Virus record (IMG/VR): IMGVR_UViG_3300005253_000005
Length of the DNA: 20,000 bases
Source of the DNA: an uncultured virus (IMG/VR IMGVR_UViG_3300005253_000005)
Lineage: Duplodnaviria; Heunggongvirae; Uroviricota; Caudoviricetes
Direction: 5' to 3' (one strand)
Shown: piece after piece, positions 9,410 to 17,215 of the stretch
How the letters are laid out: each line of letters starts with the position of its first letter
How positions within the stretch are numbered: the stretch's first letter is position 1
Made by a program: the position numbers and the translations under genes
The notes under the pieces: model-generated
The model's database searches: none
What the model was told of the DNA's origin: nothing
The model's input: the letters and a program-made list of their open reading frames with translations, nothing else

Positions 9410-9853
9410 TTAGGATACGGCTCTTGTTAGTTGTGAAGCACCACTCAGGCGTACACGAATAGTAGTTAATCCGCCTCTTGGTGCTGTAATCGGGAATCCT
9501 GCAAGAAAGACGCTACCAGAGTATTTTGGCTTAGTAACCCCAACTGGAAGACCATTAGGATAGAACTCGAAGTCTCTCTTGTCGAAGAGTGTTGTCATAG
9601 TGGCACCACCTAAGAAGACTTCTACTAGCTCGCCTGCAGCAGAGGCATAGAATGCTGTATAGTCAATACTAAACGTACCATCTATCAGCGTAAACTCACG
9701 CCAGTCTACTCCAAAACCAGTACCGTCTTCGTTGTTCAGTTCCAGATTCAGAGTAATCTCGTTACCGTCTGCTGAAACATCAACAACGGCACCGCCATCT
9801 GATGCCTCTATTTTGAAGACCGCATTCTTACCAAGAATTCTTACTGCAGCCAT
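9410..9853 (-). CDS. major tail tube protein
   Basis: 147 aa; GKNA N-terminus, DGTGFGVDWREF and FEFYPNG...KPKYSGSVFL motifs typical of sipho tail tube proteins; AAGGAGG SD. Confidence 0.8.
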   Translation of the reverse strand: MAAVRILGKNAVFKIEASDGGAVVDVSADGNEITLNLELNNEDGTGFGVDWREFTLIDGTFSIDYTAFYASAAGELVEVFLGGATMTTLFDKRDFEFYPNGLPVGVTKPKYSGSVFLAGFPITAPRGGLTTIRVRLSGASQLTRAVS

Positions 9854-10568
9854 TTCTTAGACCTCCTTCTCTCTCTGTTACTAAAATTATCTAATTAGGT
9901 TAGCTGAAACTACTATAAGACCAAGAGTTTCAGCTCCACCAGCATTATTTACCCTAATCCTGTGGTATCGTTTGCCAGCATCTGTTATATCCTCCTTATA
10001 GGCTGCTGAGATAGCTGTAAAGGTAGGAAACGCAATTGCAGCAGCCCATGCACTACCTGACGTTGCTGTATCTTGTACCTCAATTGTGAACACGCTGCCA
10101 GCTGTCTTTTTATATACACAATAGGCTGCGACTACACCTGTAACTGCTGCTACAGGTGCTCCAACATCTATATCTCCAGTCGGAGCTGGAAGAAATGTAT
10201 CTCCTGTGGGGAAAGACTGCTCTATTTGAGCTATAATAAATCCTGCTCGAAGGCCATCAGCACCCTGGAATCTACCCCTAAGCGTTTGTATATCGTTACG
10301 GGGAGCACTAAGAGCAACACTACCCAAGATGCTATTCATAAAGAAGGCTTTTTCACCAGCAGCAGCTGAGTTACCTGGAACAAATATAATAGGGACTTCA
10401 GGATCTGCTTTAAAGACTGAGCCGCCATCAGCCTGAAATGTATTGACATAAGCTGCATCAGTTACAAGATCATTCGCATCAGTAACTGGCCTTGTTTCAT
10501 CCATAAAAGCATTGACGCCCATAGTTACAGAGCCGTCTATAAATGTAAACTCACGCCAGTCTACTCCA
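9690..10568. repeat. exact 24-nt direct repeat shared by the two tail tube genes (9690-9713 and 10545-10568)
   Basis: GTAAACTCACGCCAGTCTACTCCA occurs twice; the first 15 nt of both genes (ATGGCTGCAGTAAGA) are also identical. Confidence 0.9.
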
Positions 10569-10690
10569 TATGCTGTACCGTCTTTAGTATTTAATTCCAT
10601 GTTGTTCTCCATCTCAAACATACGGAGATAGAGAGCAACATCATTCACATACATTCTGGCATTCTTTCCAACAACTCTTACTGCAGCCAT
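9887..10690 (-). CDS. second tail tube-like protein with extra C-terminal beta-sandwich domain
   Basis: 267 aa; N-terminal part clearly paralogous to 9410..9853 (MAAVR..GKNA; ELN..DGT..GVDWREFT.IDG), plus a ~110-aa C-terminal extension (IEVQD...W...RYHRIRV). Confidence 0.7.
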   Translation of the reverse strand: MAAVRVVGKNARMYVNDVALYLRMFEMENNMELNTKDGTAYGVDWREFTFIDGSVTMGVNAFMDETRPVTDANDLVTDAAYVNTFQADGGSVFKADPEVPIIFVPGNSAAAGEKAFFMNSILGSVALSAPRNDIQTLRGRFQGADGLRAGFIIAQIEQSFPTGDTFLPAPTGDIDVGAPVAAVTGVVAAYCVYKKTAGSVFTIEVQDTATSGSAWAAAIAFPTFTAISAAYKEDITDAGKRYHRIRVNNAGGAETLGLIVVSANLIR

Positions 10691-11190
10691 TATGAGCTTC
10701 CTCCTGAAAGAAGGGCCTTTATATCTTGTCTTACTTCTTTAGGTAATGTGGAAGCAACTCTATCACGAAGAATCTTAGCTCCACGTCTAAGGAATGGATT
10801 TGCGGATTGTCCTCTAACAGACCTTACCCTCATCCATCTGTTTTTTCTATTCCAGAAGAAGACTAAAACTTTAGAGCGTTGTGGAATTATAGGATCACCA
10901 GACGGGCCATATATTCCTGTTCCTTCATGCACCCATTTTGCATGTTTAGCTGACGCCGTAAGAGAACCTGTTAATACATCTCCCTGACTCTTGACATCAA
11001 TGCCTATAGAATCTCTCAGAACGTTTGTTTCACCAACAGGTGCCTCTTCCTTCACTCGTTCTAGTCCTTCTTCTAATCGTCTTCTGGCAAAGAACTGAGT
11101 ACCTCTAACTATACGCTGACGATTAACAGCACGTAGTCGTTGTTGAGCTTCATTAAACCCTTGAACTGTTACTATAAACTCTACTGTCAT
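10690..11190 (-). CDS. HK97 gp10-like tail completion / neck protein
   Basis: Basic protein with APVGETNVLRDSI, HAKWVHEGTGIYG and VRGQSANPFL motifs. Confidence 0.85.
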   Translation of the reverse strand: MTVEFIVTVQGFNEAQQRLRAVNRQRIVRGTQFFARRRLEEGLERVKEEAPVGETNVLRDSIGIDVKSQGDVLTGSLTASAKHAKWVHEGTGIYGPSGDPIIPQRSKVLVFFWNRKNRWMRVRSVRGQSANPFLRRGAKILRDRVASTLPKEVRQDIKALLSGGSS

Positions 11191-11194
11191 GATT

Positions 11195-11662
11195 CTACTC
11201 AGCCAAAGTTACTGAATGTTGCTGCTGTACTTCTACTAGAACACTCAAAGTAAAATGTGTAGGTGTCTCATTATCTTCGTCAAAGACAACTCCGAGATTA
11301 TCTCCTCTTATTAGCTTTGCATCTGTTATCTTACTTGTGTTTCCAGGCCCTTTGCCCAAGTATGTATTTTTCTCTATGATATCAATTACTGTATCACGAG
11401 CCTTAACAAGAGTCGCTACATCCTCTTCAATGTGAGCACTGTAGGTTTCATAGATATCAATAAAGAAGTCCCACCCAACAGCATACTCTCCACCGAATCC
11501 TGAGCCTTGATGAGCAAAGCCGCCAACTCGCAAGACGATAGCTGTTGAGCCTGAGTCAGCAATAACTGAAAAGTCATGCCTAGAAACATTGTTTTTGAAA
11601 GTATCATTAGCATTGAGAAGATCATGTAAATCGTCTAGTATTTCTTTGTATCCTACTGACAT
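11195..11662 (-). CDS. putative tail terminator protein
   Basis: 155 aa acidic protein in the neck module; size and alpha/beta pattern fit a terminator. Confidence 0.55.
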   Translation of the reverse strand: MSVGYKEILDDLHDLLNANDTFKNNVSRHDFSVIADSGSTAIVLRVGGFAHQGSGFGGEYAVGWDFFIDIYETYSAHIEEDVATLVKARDTVIDIIEKNTYLGKGPGNTSKITDAKLIRGDNLGVVFDEDNETPTHFTLSVLVEVQQQHSVTLAE

Positions 11663-11664
11663 TA

Positions 11665-12204
11665 TTACAATTCCTGACTTACGTGTGAACTACGGACTCT
11701 GCCAGGATGTCTAAAGCCATCTCTTGTAAACGCAGGTTGAACAGCGTCAGTATCTGTTGAGAGAGTCTCTTTTTCATCATGACTAACACCTGTAATAACA
11801 CCAAGCGTCTCTCTGTCACGAACTACACCAAGACGGTCTAATGTGTTTCCTTTAAGAATATCTTGCAGTGTTTCATACTGATCTTTAAGTACCATCCAGC
11901 GGCTATTACCTCTCGGAGCTGACTGGATACCAGGATGAGATAGTTCCATTCTGTAGGCTATTCCAAGAGCTGCAAACCACGCTAGATACTTTTTAGCTGC
12001 TACAGGATAATCAGCTATATCTATAGAAAATCCACTTCCGCCTAGCCACGCAAACATTTCAGCTTCTGTCTCAGATAATGCTTCTTCAGCCTGTTCTATA
12101 CTAGGCGTACTCGAAGAATCAAAAGTACCACCTTTAACTAGATGGCGTTCTAGCATAGTGACCATTTTTAGAACGTCGCCATTGTCTTCTTCAAAGTTAG
12201 CCAT
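11665..12204 (-). CDS. putative head-to-tail adaptor
   Basis: 179 aa helical protein, first of the neck genes; FDSSSTPS...LSETEAEMFAWLG pattern is adaptor-like. Confidence 0.6.
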   Translation of the reverse strand: MANFEEDNGDVLKMVTMLERHLVKGGTFDSSSTPSIEQAEEALSETEAEMFAWLGGSGFSIDIADYPVAAKKYLAWFAALGIAYRMELSHPGIQSAPRGNSRWMVLKDQYETLQDILKGNTLDRLGVVRDRETLGVITGVSHDEKETLSTDTDAVQPAFTRDGFRHPGRVRSSHVSQEL

Positions 12205-12321
12205 ATTATTTCTTCTATTCTACTTGATCTTTGCTATTCCGTTACCAATGCCACTATCGCCTGGTTCGATGGCAGCTCCAGGCTTATCTTCCAGTGTGTC
12301 TCCTATATCATTGATCTGTCT

Positions 12322-12657
12322 TTACTCCTCGTAGATTATTATAATTGTAACCGCGTTTCCATCGATTGCTGAACTGTTAGCGGCAATACAGTAAATCTGC
12401 ACGTTAGTGGCGTCTATAAAAAACTCAAACTCGTAATTGGCTACGCTTGTAAAGTGAGGAGGTATTGGATTACCGTTGTCGGCGGTCACTAAAACTTGTG
12501 CCCCAATTATCTTAGTTCTATCTGCGAGTCCGTGAGCTATAGTCCCTGAAGCTCCTACAGCAGGGGACGTGCCTGTGAGTTTCACCATTCTTACACTTGG
12601 CGCACCAGTTCCAATAGTTACAAACTCCCCATCTAGGATGTTCGGATGATCTGGCAT
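12322..12657 (-). CDS. small beta-rich virion protein (fibre-tip-like)
   Basis: 111 aa with TIAHGL motif and C-terminal IIIIYEE; start coupled to upstream stop (TAATG). Confidence 0.5.
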   Translation of the reverse strand: MPDHPNILDGEFVTIGTGAPSVRMVKLTGTSPAVGASGTIAHGLADRTKIIGAQVLVTADNGNPIPPHFTSVANYEFEFFIDATNVQIYCIAANSSAIDGNAVTIIIIYEE

Positions 12658-13028
12658 TAGTTTATCACCAACGCGCCTACTGAATATGTCATACTATCTG
12701 TGTCAGCAACGGCCATCTGGAAACGCCAATGAGCAGGCAGGATATCACTCGCAGCCGCGTTTGCTACTGCGACAATGCCTGGATAGACTTTAAGTACAGT
12801 CATTCCAGTAGCAGTAATTGCTATACCTACCAGAATATCATACCACTTGCCTGAAGCAGGATCTTTACCTTGAATCTTAGGCGTAATAGACGCTGTAGCA
12901 GGATCAACTGTTACATCTATGATAACATGCAGACCTTTGCCACGAGTGTTAGTTTGCTCATCGCTTTCCGTTTCTGCTGTACGAGCAGCAGAAGCGAGAA
13001 GCGTAATATCTTTATTATCAAAGGACAT
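12657..13028 (-). CDS. small beta-sandwich virion / decoration protein
   Basis: 123 aa (TLLASAARTA...KIQGKDPASGKWYDIL...LPAHWR); AAGGA SD. Confidence 0.5.
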   Translation of the reverse strand: MSFDNKDITLLASAARTAETESDEQTNTRGKGLHVIIDVTVDPATASITPKIQGKDPASGKWYDILVGIAITATGMTVLKVYPGIVAVANAAASDILPAHWRFQMAVADTDSMTYSVGALVIN

Positions 13029-13029
13029 A

Positions 13030-13218
13030 TTATGTTATTCCTTCTTCTAGCTCTGGTTTAATAATAACATCTACAAACTCGTGTCCGCAAGGACAACTCA
13101 TTAAGACACCATCTTCGTGCTCAAAGACCTCATGAAGCTTAGGTCTATTACACTGAGAACAATGATGTTCTATAGAGTCTAGCTTCTTTGACTTTCTAAC
13201 TGTCTTAGGCTTGGGCAT
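13030..13218 (-). CDS. small zinc-ribbon protein
   Basis: 62 aa with CSQC...CPCGH; fits operon spacing. Confidence 0.55.
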   Translation of the reverse strand: MPKPKTVRKSKKLDSIEHHCSQCNRPKLHEVFEHEDGVLMSCPCGHEFVDVIIKPELEEGIT

Positions 13219-13228
13219 TATCTGTTAT

Positions 13229-13525
13229 CTATTTCAGGCTTACTCTGGTCTTGCCACCACATTCGTTACAGATATAGATTCCCCAATCTTGACTGTCAGA
13301 AGCTCGTTGTGTATGAGCTGTTACTTTAGAGCAAGCCATACAGACTATCTCAGTCGTCTCTACCTCTTCTACTTCCACTGCTGTCGTAAAAGGCTCGTTA
13401 TCATCTGATTCATTATCCTCTGGTTGTAGATCATCAGCCAGTGGCAAATTCTTCTTGCCACGAATTCGCTCTTTAGTCTCTTCGTTCTCATACCAGCCGC
13501 CGCCTGTGTGTATCCAATTACTCAT
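13229..13525 (-). CDS. zinc-ribbon protein with N-terminal HTGGGWYE motif
   Basis: 98 aa; HTGGGWYE...RIRGK, acidic linker, CMAC...CNEC; GGGAG SD. Confidence 0.7.
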   Translation of the reverse strand: MSNWIHTGGGWYENEETKERIRGKKNLPLADDLQPEDNESDDNEPFTTAVEVEEVETTEIVCMACSKVTAHTQRASDSQDWGIYICNECGGKTRVSLK

Positions 13526-13549
13526 ATCTCTCTCCCTTCTCTTACTAAA

Positions 13550-13581
13550 CTAGCGGCTGCCCGAAACCGGAGAGCCGCTAG
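13550..13581 (-). terminator. GC-rich hairpin, possible weak intrinsic terminator or attenuator
   Basis: CTAGCGGCT(13550-13558)/AGCCGCTAG(13573-13581) stem with inner CCG/CGG pairing; followed on the minus strand by only TTTAGT. Confidence 0.55.
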
Positions 13582-13625
13582 CATTTGCCTTGCGGCCTCA
13601 GCCGCGTCCGTGTTGCTCAGGCTAT

Positions 13626-14144
13626 TTATGCTGCCACGAATGTAGATGTCTTTACAAAGTCTACAGGGTTTGCATAGATGACTATGATACGAAGCTCCCC
13701 TGTTGTAGCTGCAGTTCCTACTAGAGTAATTGTAGCTGTAATATTTGTAGCCGCAGCTCGGTAAGCATCTCTCTTCTGTCCGGTGAGATAGACACCAATC
13801 TCTAGAGAATCTGCAAAGTTAAGCTCTTCCTCTGCGACAAGATCAGTAGCTTTCAGGTCTACCGCATCATAGAATCCATTAGGATCTTCTGTATCACCAA
13901 CAATTAGAGCTGCAGATGTTCCAGCATTAAAGAGATCAATAGTATGAACACGAATATCAAGGATAGTGGCACCAGCAGGAATAGCAACTGGAACCATTGT
14001 AAGGACACCAGCGGCACCTGCTGCGCCATCATCATCAAAGGATATAACACGCTCTTGAACAACGGGAATTACGCCTTCATCAGTTTGGAAGCCACCATCA
14101 GCTTGATGGACTCCTTGTGTTCTACCTGCTGGAGTTTTAGCCAT
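13626..14144 (-). CDS. capsid decoration / cement protein (jelly-roll-like)
   Basis: 172 aa; IPAGATILDIRV...FNAGTSAALIVGD...ATTGELRIIVIY pattern seen in head-module proteins; AGGGAG SD. Confidence 0.6.
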   Translation of the reverse strand: MAKTPAGRTQGVHQADGGFQTDEGVIPVVQERVISFDDDGAAGAAGVLTMVPVAIPAGATILDIRVHTIDLFNAGTSAALIVGDTEDPNGFYDAVDLKATDLVAEEELNFADSLEIGVYLTGQKRDAYRAAATNITATITLVGTAATTGELRIIVIYANPVDFVKTSTFVAA

Positions 14145-14165
14145 GTTTTGTTCTCCCTAAAAAGG

Positions 14166-14498
14166 TTAACTCTTAGCCAGAGTTTGACTTCTCAATTCTG
14201 CTAGTGATGGTTCTGTAGCTGCATCTGCACCTACTGGAACTGGCTCAGCAGGAATGCTAATCCCTGGTTCTATAGGGCACTGCTCTTCGTGATAACGGAT
14301 AAACGAACTAGCCACAAATTTCTTGCCACACCGAAGGCAAGAAATCAGATCCTTACCATCGTGAAGTTTAATATAGCCGATGTTGATAAGGGACTGGTCA
14401 TTCTTCATCATACCAGTCTCGATCTGAACGTATTCGCCGCGTTCTAGATGGCGATCACCATAGTCGAACTCGTGATAGATACCGTATCCGTCAGCCAT
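14166..14498 (-). CDS. C2HC zinc-finger protein downstream of MCP
   Basis: 110 aa; CLRCGKKF...YHEEQC; AAGGAG SD. Confidence 0.7.
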   Translation of the reverse strand: MADGYGIYHEFDYGDRHLERGEYVQIETGMMKNDQSLINIGYIKLHDGKDLISCLRCGKKFVASSFIRYHEEQCPIEPGISIPAEPVPVGADAATEPSLAELRSQTLAKS

Positions 14499-14510
14499 GC
14501 TTCGGCTCCT

Positions 14511-15461
14511 TTAGGCTACAACACTAGCAGCAAACTCGCCCATGTCTGCATCAATCTGCTTCTGGTCATAGTAAGTGTGAACTTCGATTGTATCCTTACG
14601 AAGCTTATCATCCGTAATTCTTCGTATGAACCAGGGCGCTGCACCACCACCTACTAGTGGCTTCCAAACGAACGTGTATCCGCCTGTTGGAACAAAAAGC
14701 CCAGGAGCAGAAGGTGTGTAGACAACAAGAGCGTGCTTACCCCAAATAGCAGCAAAGGCATCTGTTGCACCTTCAAGTGAAGTCGCCTCAATTGCATCAC
14801 CGACTAGAACCCTGTCAAGACGAACAAGCTGAGCGATCATCTGCTCGGTCACAGAGCCACCTGTGTACTTGACACGCTCTACAAGCAGAGGGTGATCAAG
14901 AAGCTTGTCCATAACTAGGTTGTTAGTAACTAGAGTATTGGCAGGCTGGCCTGACTTACCCAAGACGTTACTACGCATTGTACGAAGGTCTTGAATTGGG
15001 TCAGACGCTGCATAATCAGACCACTGAGCAGATTCAACAAAATCTGTTCCCCACTTACCTGTAGCAAAGAAGTCTGCTGCGAACTGCTTCTCCCAATGAA
15101 TCTGAACCATCTCAGTCAACCATCGAGTAGCATCTCTGTCCATATCATATGGAGCATCGGTATTCTGGCGAACTTCGACAGGAATCTCTTTACCAAGAGC
15201 AAAGTTCTTGTTGAAGAACGTCATAGTATTGTCAACCGTGAAGCCGCTAGTCGCAACAGGCGCACCTGGAGCACGAAGCTTCATCTGCTCTCGGAACCAC
15301 TTGTCCTTATCATAACGTGGAACGATGTCCGACTGTTTATTAGTCGGAACAATGGGAAAGATCTGAGAGGCGATATAACGCTTGTTCTGATAACCAATTG
15401 ACATATTAGTTAGCAGCGCATCAACGTGGACATCGCCTACGTCTGGCTGAAATCCTGCCAT
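14511..15461 (-). CDS. major capsid protein (HK97 fold, gpE-like family)
   Basis: 316 aa; DVHVDALLTNMSIGY.N...IA..IFP.VP N-terminus, QWSDYAASDPIQD, IWGKHA, GYTF motifs; GAGG SD; no delta domain. Confidence 0.9.
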   Translation of the reverse strand: MAGFQPDVGDVHVDALLTNMSIGYQNKRYIASQIFPIVPTNKQSDIVPRYDKDKWFREQMKLRAPGAPVATSGFTVDNTMTFFNKNFALGKEIPVEVRQNTDAPYDMDRDATRWLTEMVQIHWEKQFAADFFATGKWGTDFVESAQWSDYAASDPIQDLRTMRSNVLGKSGQPANTLVTNNLVMDKLLDHPLLVERVKYTGGSVTEQMIAQLVRLDRVLVGDAIEATSLEGATDAFAAIWGKHALVVYTPSAPGLFVPTGGYTFVWKPLVGGGAAPWFIRRITDDKLRKDTIEVHTYYDQKQIDADMGEFAASVVA

Positions 15462-15500
15462 CTTATCCTACCTCACTTACTCTTGGTGTTTGACTACTGT

Positions 15501-15911
15501 CTACTGAGTTACTACTTCATAAGGGGCGTGAATAAAAACTGATACAACTTCGTCTTCGGCAGTTGCTGCTTCAAGTGCTACAGCGATAGCAATATCAGTT
15601 GCGACTGCTGTAGCAAGCTTTCCGTCTGATTTAGCCGATAGGTCATCGCCTATAGAGAAAGCCGCATCTGCTCGACCCTTAGATACACCTAGAGTCTGGA
15701 TATTAGCAGCCTGACCAATAGCTTTCGGCTTGTTCTGAAGAATGCCAATTAGAGTTTCCGGCGTTCCAGCACTACCGTCGCCTAACTTAGCTCGTCCTGC
15801 AGTATCAATTGATACTGCACAGAACTGGCCATCGCCAGCAACAGCAGCAGCAGCTAAAGCCGTAGCCGCCGGTAGGGTAGTGCTTGGTGCGTTAGTTTCT
15901 CCTGTTGCCAT
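15501..15911 (-). CDS. capsid cement / decoration protein (DUF2190-like)
   Basis: 136 aa Ala/Gly-rich (IGILQNKP...G.A...ALEAATAEDEVVSV), between scaffold and MCP; AGGAGG SD. Confidence 0.8.
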   Translation of the reverse strand: MATGETNAPSTTLPAATALAAAAVAGDGQFCAVSIDTAGRAKLGDGSAGTPETLIGILQNKPKAIGQAANIQTLGVSKGRADAAFSIGDDLSAKSDGKLATAVATDIAIAVALEAATAEDEVVSVFIHAPYEVVTQ

Positions 15912-15936
15912 TATCTATATCCTCCTATTACTGTTA

Positions 15937-16830
15937 TTAGGCAGTTACGCCAACTTTAGCCTGCGCAGCCTGCTCCTTACGATACTGGTCATACAAAGTT
16001 GGATTAGTTTGTACAGCATGTTCCCAAGCCTTACCTGGATCTTTGTCTTCAGACTTCTCAATAATGCTCTTAGCAATTGAGTCTAACTGCTCATAGGCAG
16101 AACCAGGAGTACTTGCAGCAGGATTACTCTGGCGCTCAAAGAGCTGTGACTTTTCAATCTGAACAACTAGACCACGCTGACTCTTGATATAGCTATCCCA
16201 ACCCTTGTCGTCCATAGACTTCTTAATAGTAATAAGTTCATCAACCTGCTCATCAGTAGGATCGTCATCGCCAGGAGTCATGCTCTTAGCGAAAATTCTC
16301 ATCTCGTCACGCTGAAGCTTATCTCGTAGATCAGTGATTTCGTCCTGAGCCTTCTTAATCTCAACCTGTAAAGGCTCAACAGCAGCCTTGTGAATAGTTT
16401 CAAGGACACCAGGGAAAGCCGACTTAATCATATCAGTCTTCTTCTTGGCCTCAGCTTTTTCAGCATCTTCTATTCGCTTTTTCTTCTTCTCTTCGTCCTT
16501 CTCGTCTTCGTTCTCGTGCTCAGCCTTCTTGATCTCGATTTCCTCATCAAGATTTAGCTCTTCGGCTGCGGACTTAAAAAACTCTCCAACCTCTTCAGGT
16601 AGAGAGTTTATATTGTCCTTGATAGCTTCATAAGATAAGGCTAAGGCATTCTTGGTCTTATCATCGATCTCTGAGAAGTCATAGCTTGGATCTTCGTCTT
16701 TGTTCTTTGCCATAATCACCTTCTCCTTGTTTGCTGCCTTTTTCACTAATGATAAGTCGCTGACATCTGGATCACCCAACTTGCCTGGGGTTCGTAGTTG
16801 CCGTAATCGTGCGAGAATACCTGCTGCCAT
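15937..16830 (-). CDS. capsid scaffold protein with N-terminal protease Ser motif; probable nested start at 16713
   Basis: Charged coiled coil ending AVQTNPTLYDQY. The track's TTG at 16884 is part of a TTGACA box. ATG at 16830 has AGGA upstream; ATG at 16713 has AAGGAGAAGGTGA upstream. SDLSLVKKAAN motif at about 16729-16767. Confidence 0.75.
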   Translation of the reverse strand: MAAGILARLRQLRTPGKLGDPDVSDLSLVKKAANKEKVIMAKNKDEDPSYDFSEIDDKTKNALALSYEAIKDNINSLPEEVGEFFKSAAEELNLDEEIEIKKAEHENEDEKDEEKKKKRIEDAEKAEAKKKTDMIKSAFPGVLETIHKAAVEPLQVEIKKAQDEITDLRDKLQRDEMRIFAKSMTPGDDDPTDEQVDELITIKKSMDDKGWDSYIKSQRGLVVQIEKSQLFERQSNPAASTPGSAYEQLDSIAKSIIEKSEDKDPGKAWEHAVQTNPTLYDQYRKEQAAQAKVGVTA

Positions 16831-16855
16831 CTCAATTTGTCCTATTACTGTATCC

Positions 16856-16884
16856 ACTATCTTATATATGGCTGGTTTTGTCAA
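16856..16884 (-). promoter_or_regulatory. possible promoter for the scaffold-capsid operon
   Basis: TTGACA(16884-16879)-17 nt-GATAGT(16861-16856): perfect -35, imperfect -10. Confidence 0.4.
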
Positions 16885-16924
16885 GGCCGCACCCCGCTCG
16901 TGCTAGATAGGTGTCACCCTATAC

Positions 16925-16953
16925 TTGACACACCCCATAAGATATGGTAGCCT
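16925..16953 (+). promoter_or_regulatory. sigma70-like promoter for the antisense HTH gene
   Basis: TTGACA(16925-16930)-17 nt-TAGCCT(16948-16953) with TGn extension; ATG at 16964. Confidence 0.6.
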
Positions 16954-16963
16954 TGAAGACGCC

Positions 16964-17215
16964 ATGAACATAGATTGTGACAAGTGTTCAGTTTATCATA
17001 GACATGATCATATGGAAGAATGGATGACCAAACGTAATAAGAAGATCGTTTTACTGAAGCGAGCAGGGCTGTCTTTTAGAGCTATAGCCCTACGAGACGA
17101 GATAGCTCTTACACATCAGCAGGTACATCGAGTCTACCATCAGTGGAAAGGCCGTGTACCTCTTCGGGAGTCGGCATCACTCCAGGTGACAGAATTGCTG
17201 GCCCCCGCGGACTAG
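16964..17215 (+). CDS. helix-turn-helix DNA-binding protein, antisense to the head module
   Basis: 83 aa from ATG 16964; RNKKIVLLKRAGLSFRAIA...LTHQQVHRVY is an HTH pattern; has its own promoter and occupies the gap between protease and scaffold. Confidence 0.65.
   Translation: MNIDCDKCSVYHRHDHMEEWMTKRNKKIVLLKRAGLSFRAIALRDEIALTHQQVHRVYHQWKGRVPLRESASLQVTELLAPAD

Noticed and set aside
9690..10568. 24-nt repeat as a DGR TR/VR pair, CRISPR repeat or att site
   Set aside because: Only two copies, both in paralogous coding sequence, with no adenine-specific mismatches and no reverse transcriptase, cas or integrase gene in the window.
1894..11625. Short alternative-frame minus-strand ORFs (1894..2103, 4064..4285, 11416..11625)
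   Set aside because: Fully nested in larger genes, with no recognisable motif or initiation signal.
13550..13625. Possible hammerhead ribozyme or tRNA in the structured gap
   Set aside because: No CUGANGA core paired with GAAA on one strand, and no cloverleaf or T-loop consensus.
16831..16884. TTG start at 16884 for the scaffold (and likewise TTG 16925 for the HTH gene)
   Set aside because: Both TTG codons are the first bases of TTGACA -35 boxes; downstream ATGs fit better.
1311..16906. Plus-strand ORFs in the track (1311, 2043, 5164, 6658, 6897, 8832, 10073, 10748, 12870, 13211, 13944, 14448, 14991, 15742, 16445, 16700)
   Set aside because: Antisense shadows of well-supported minus-strand genes, with Ser/Leu-rich composition and no motifs or SD sites.
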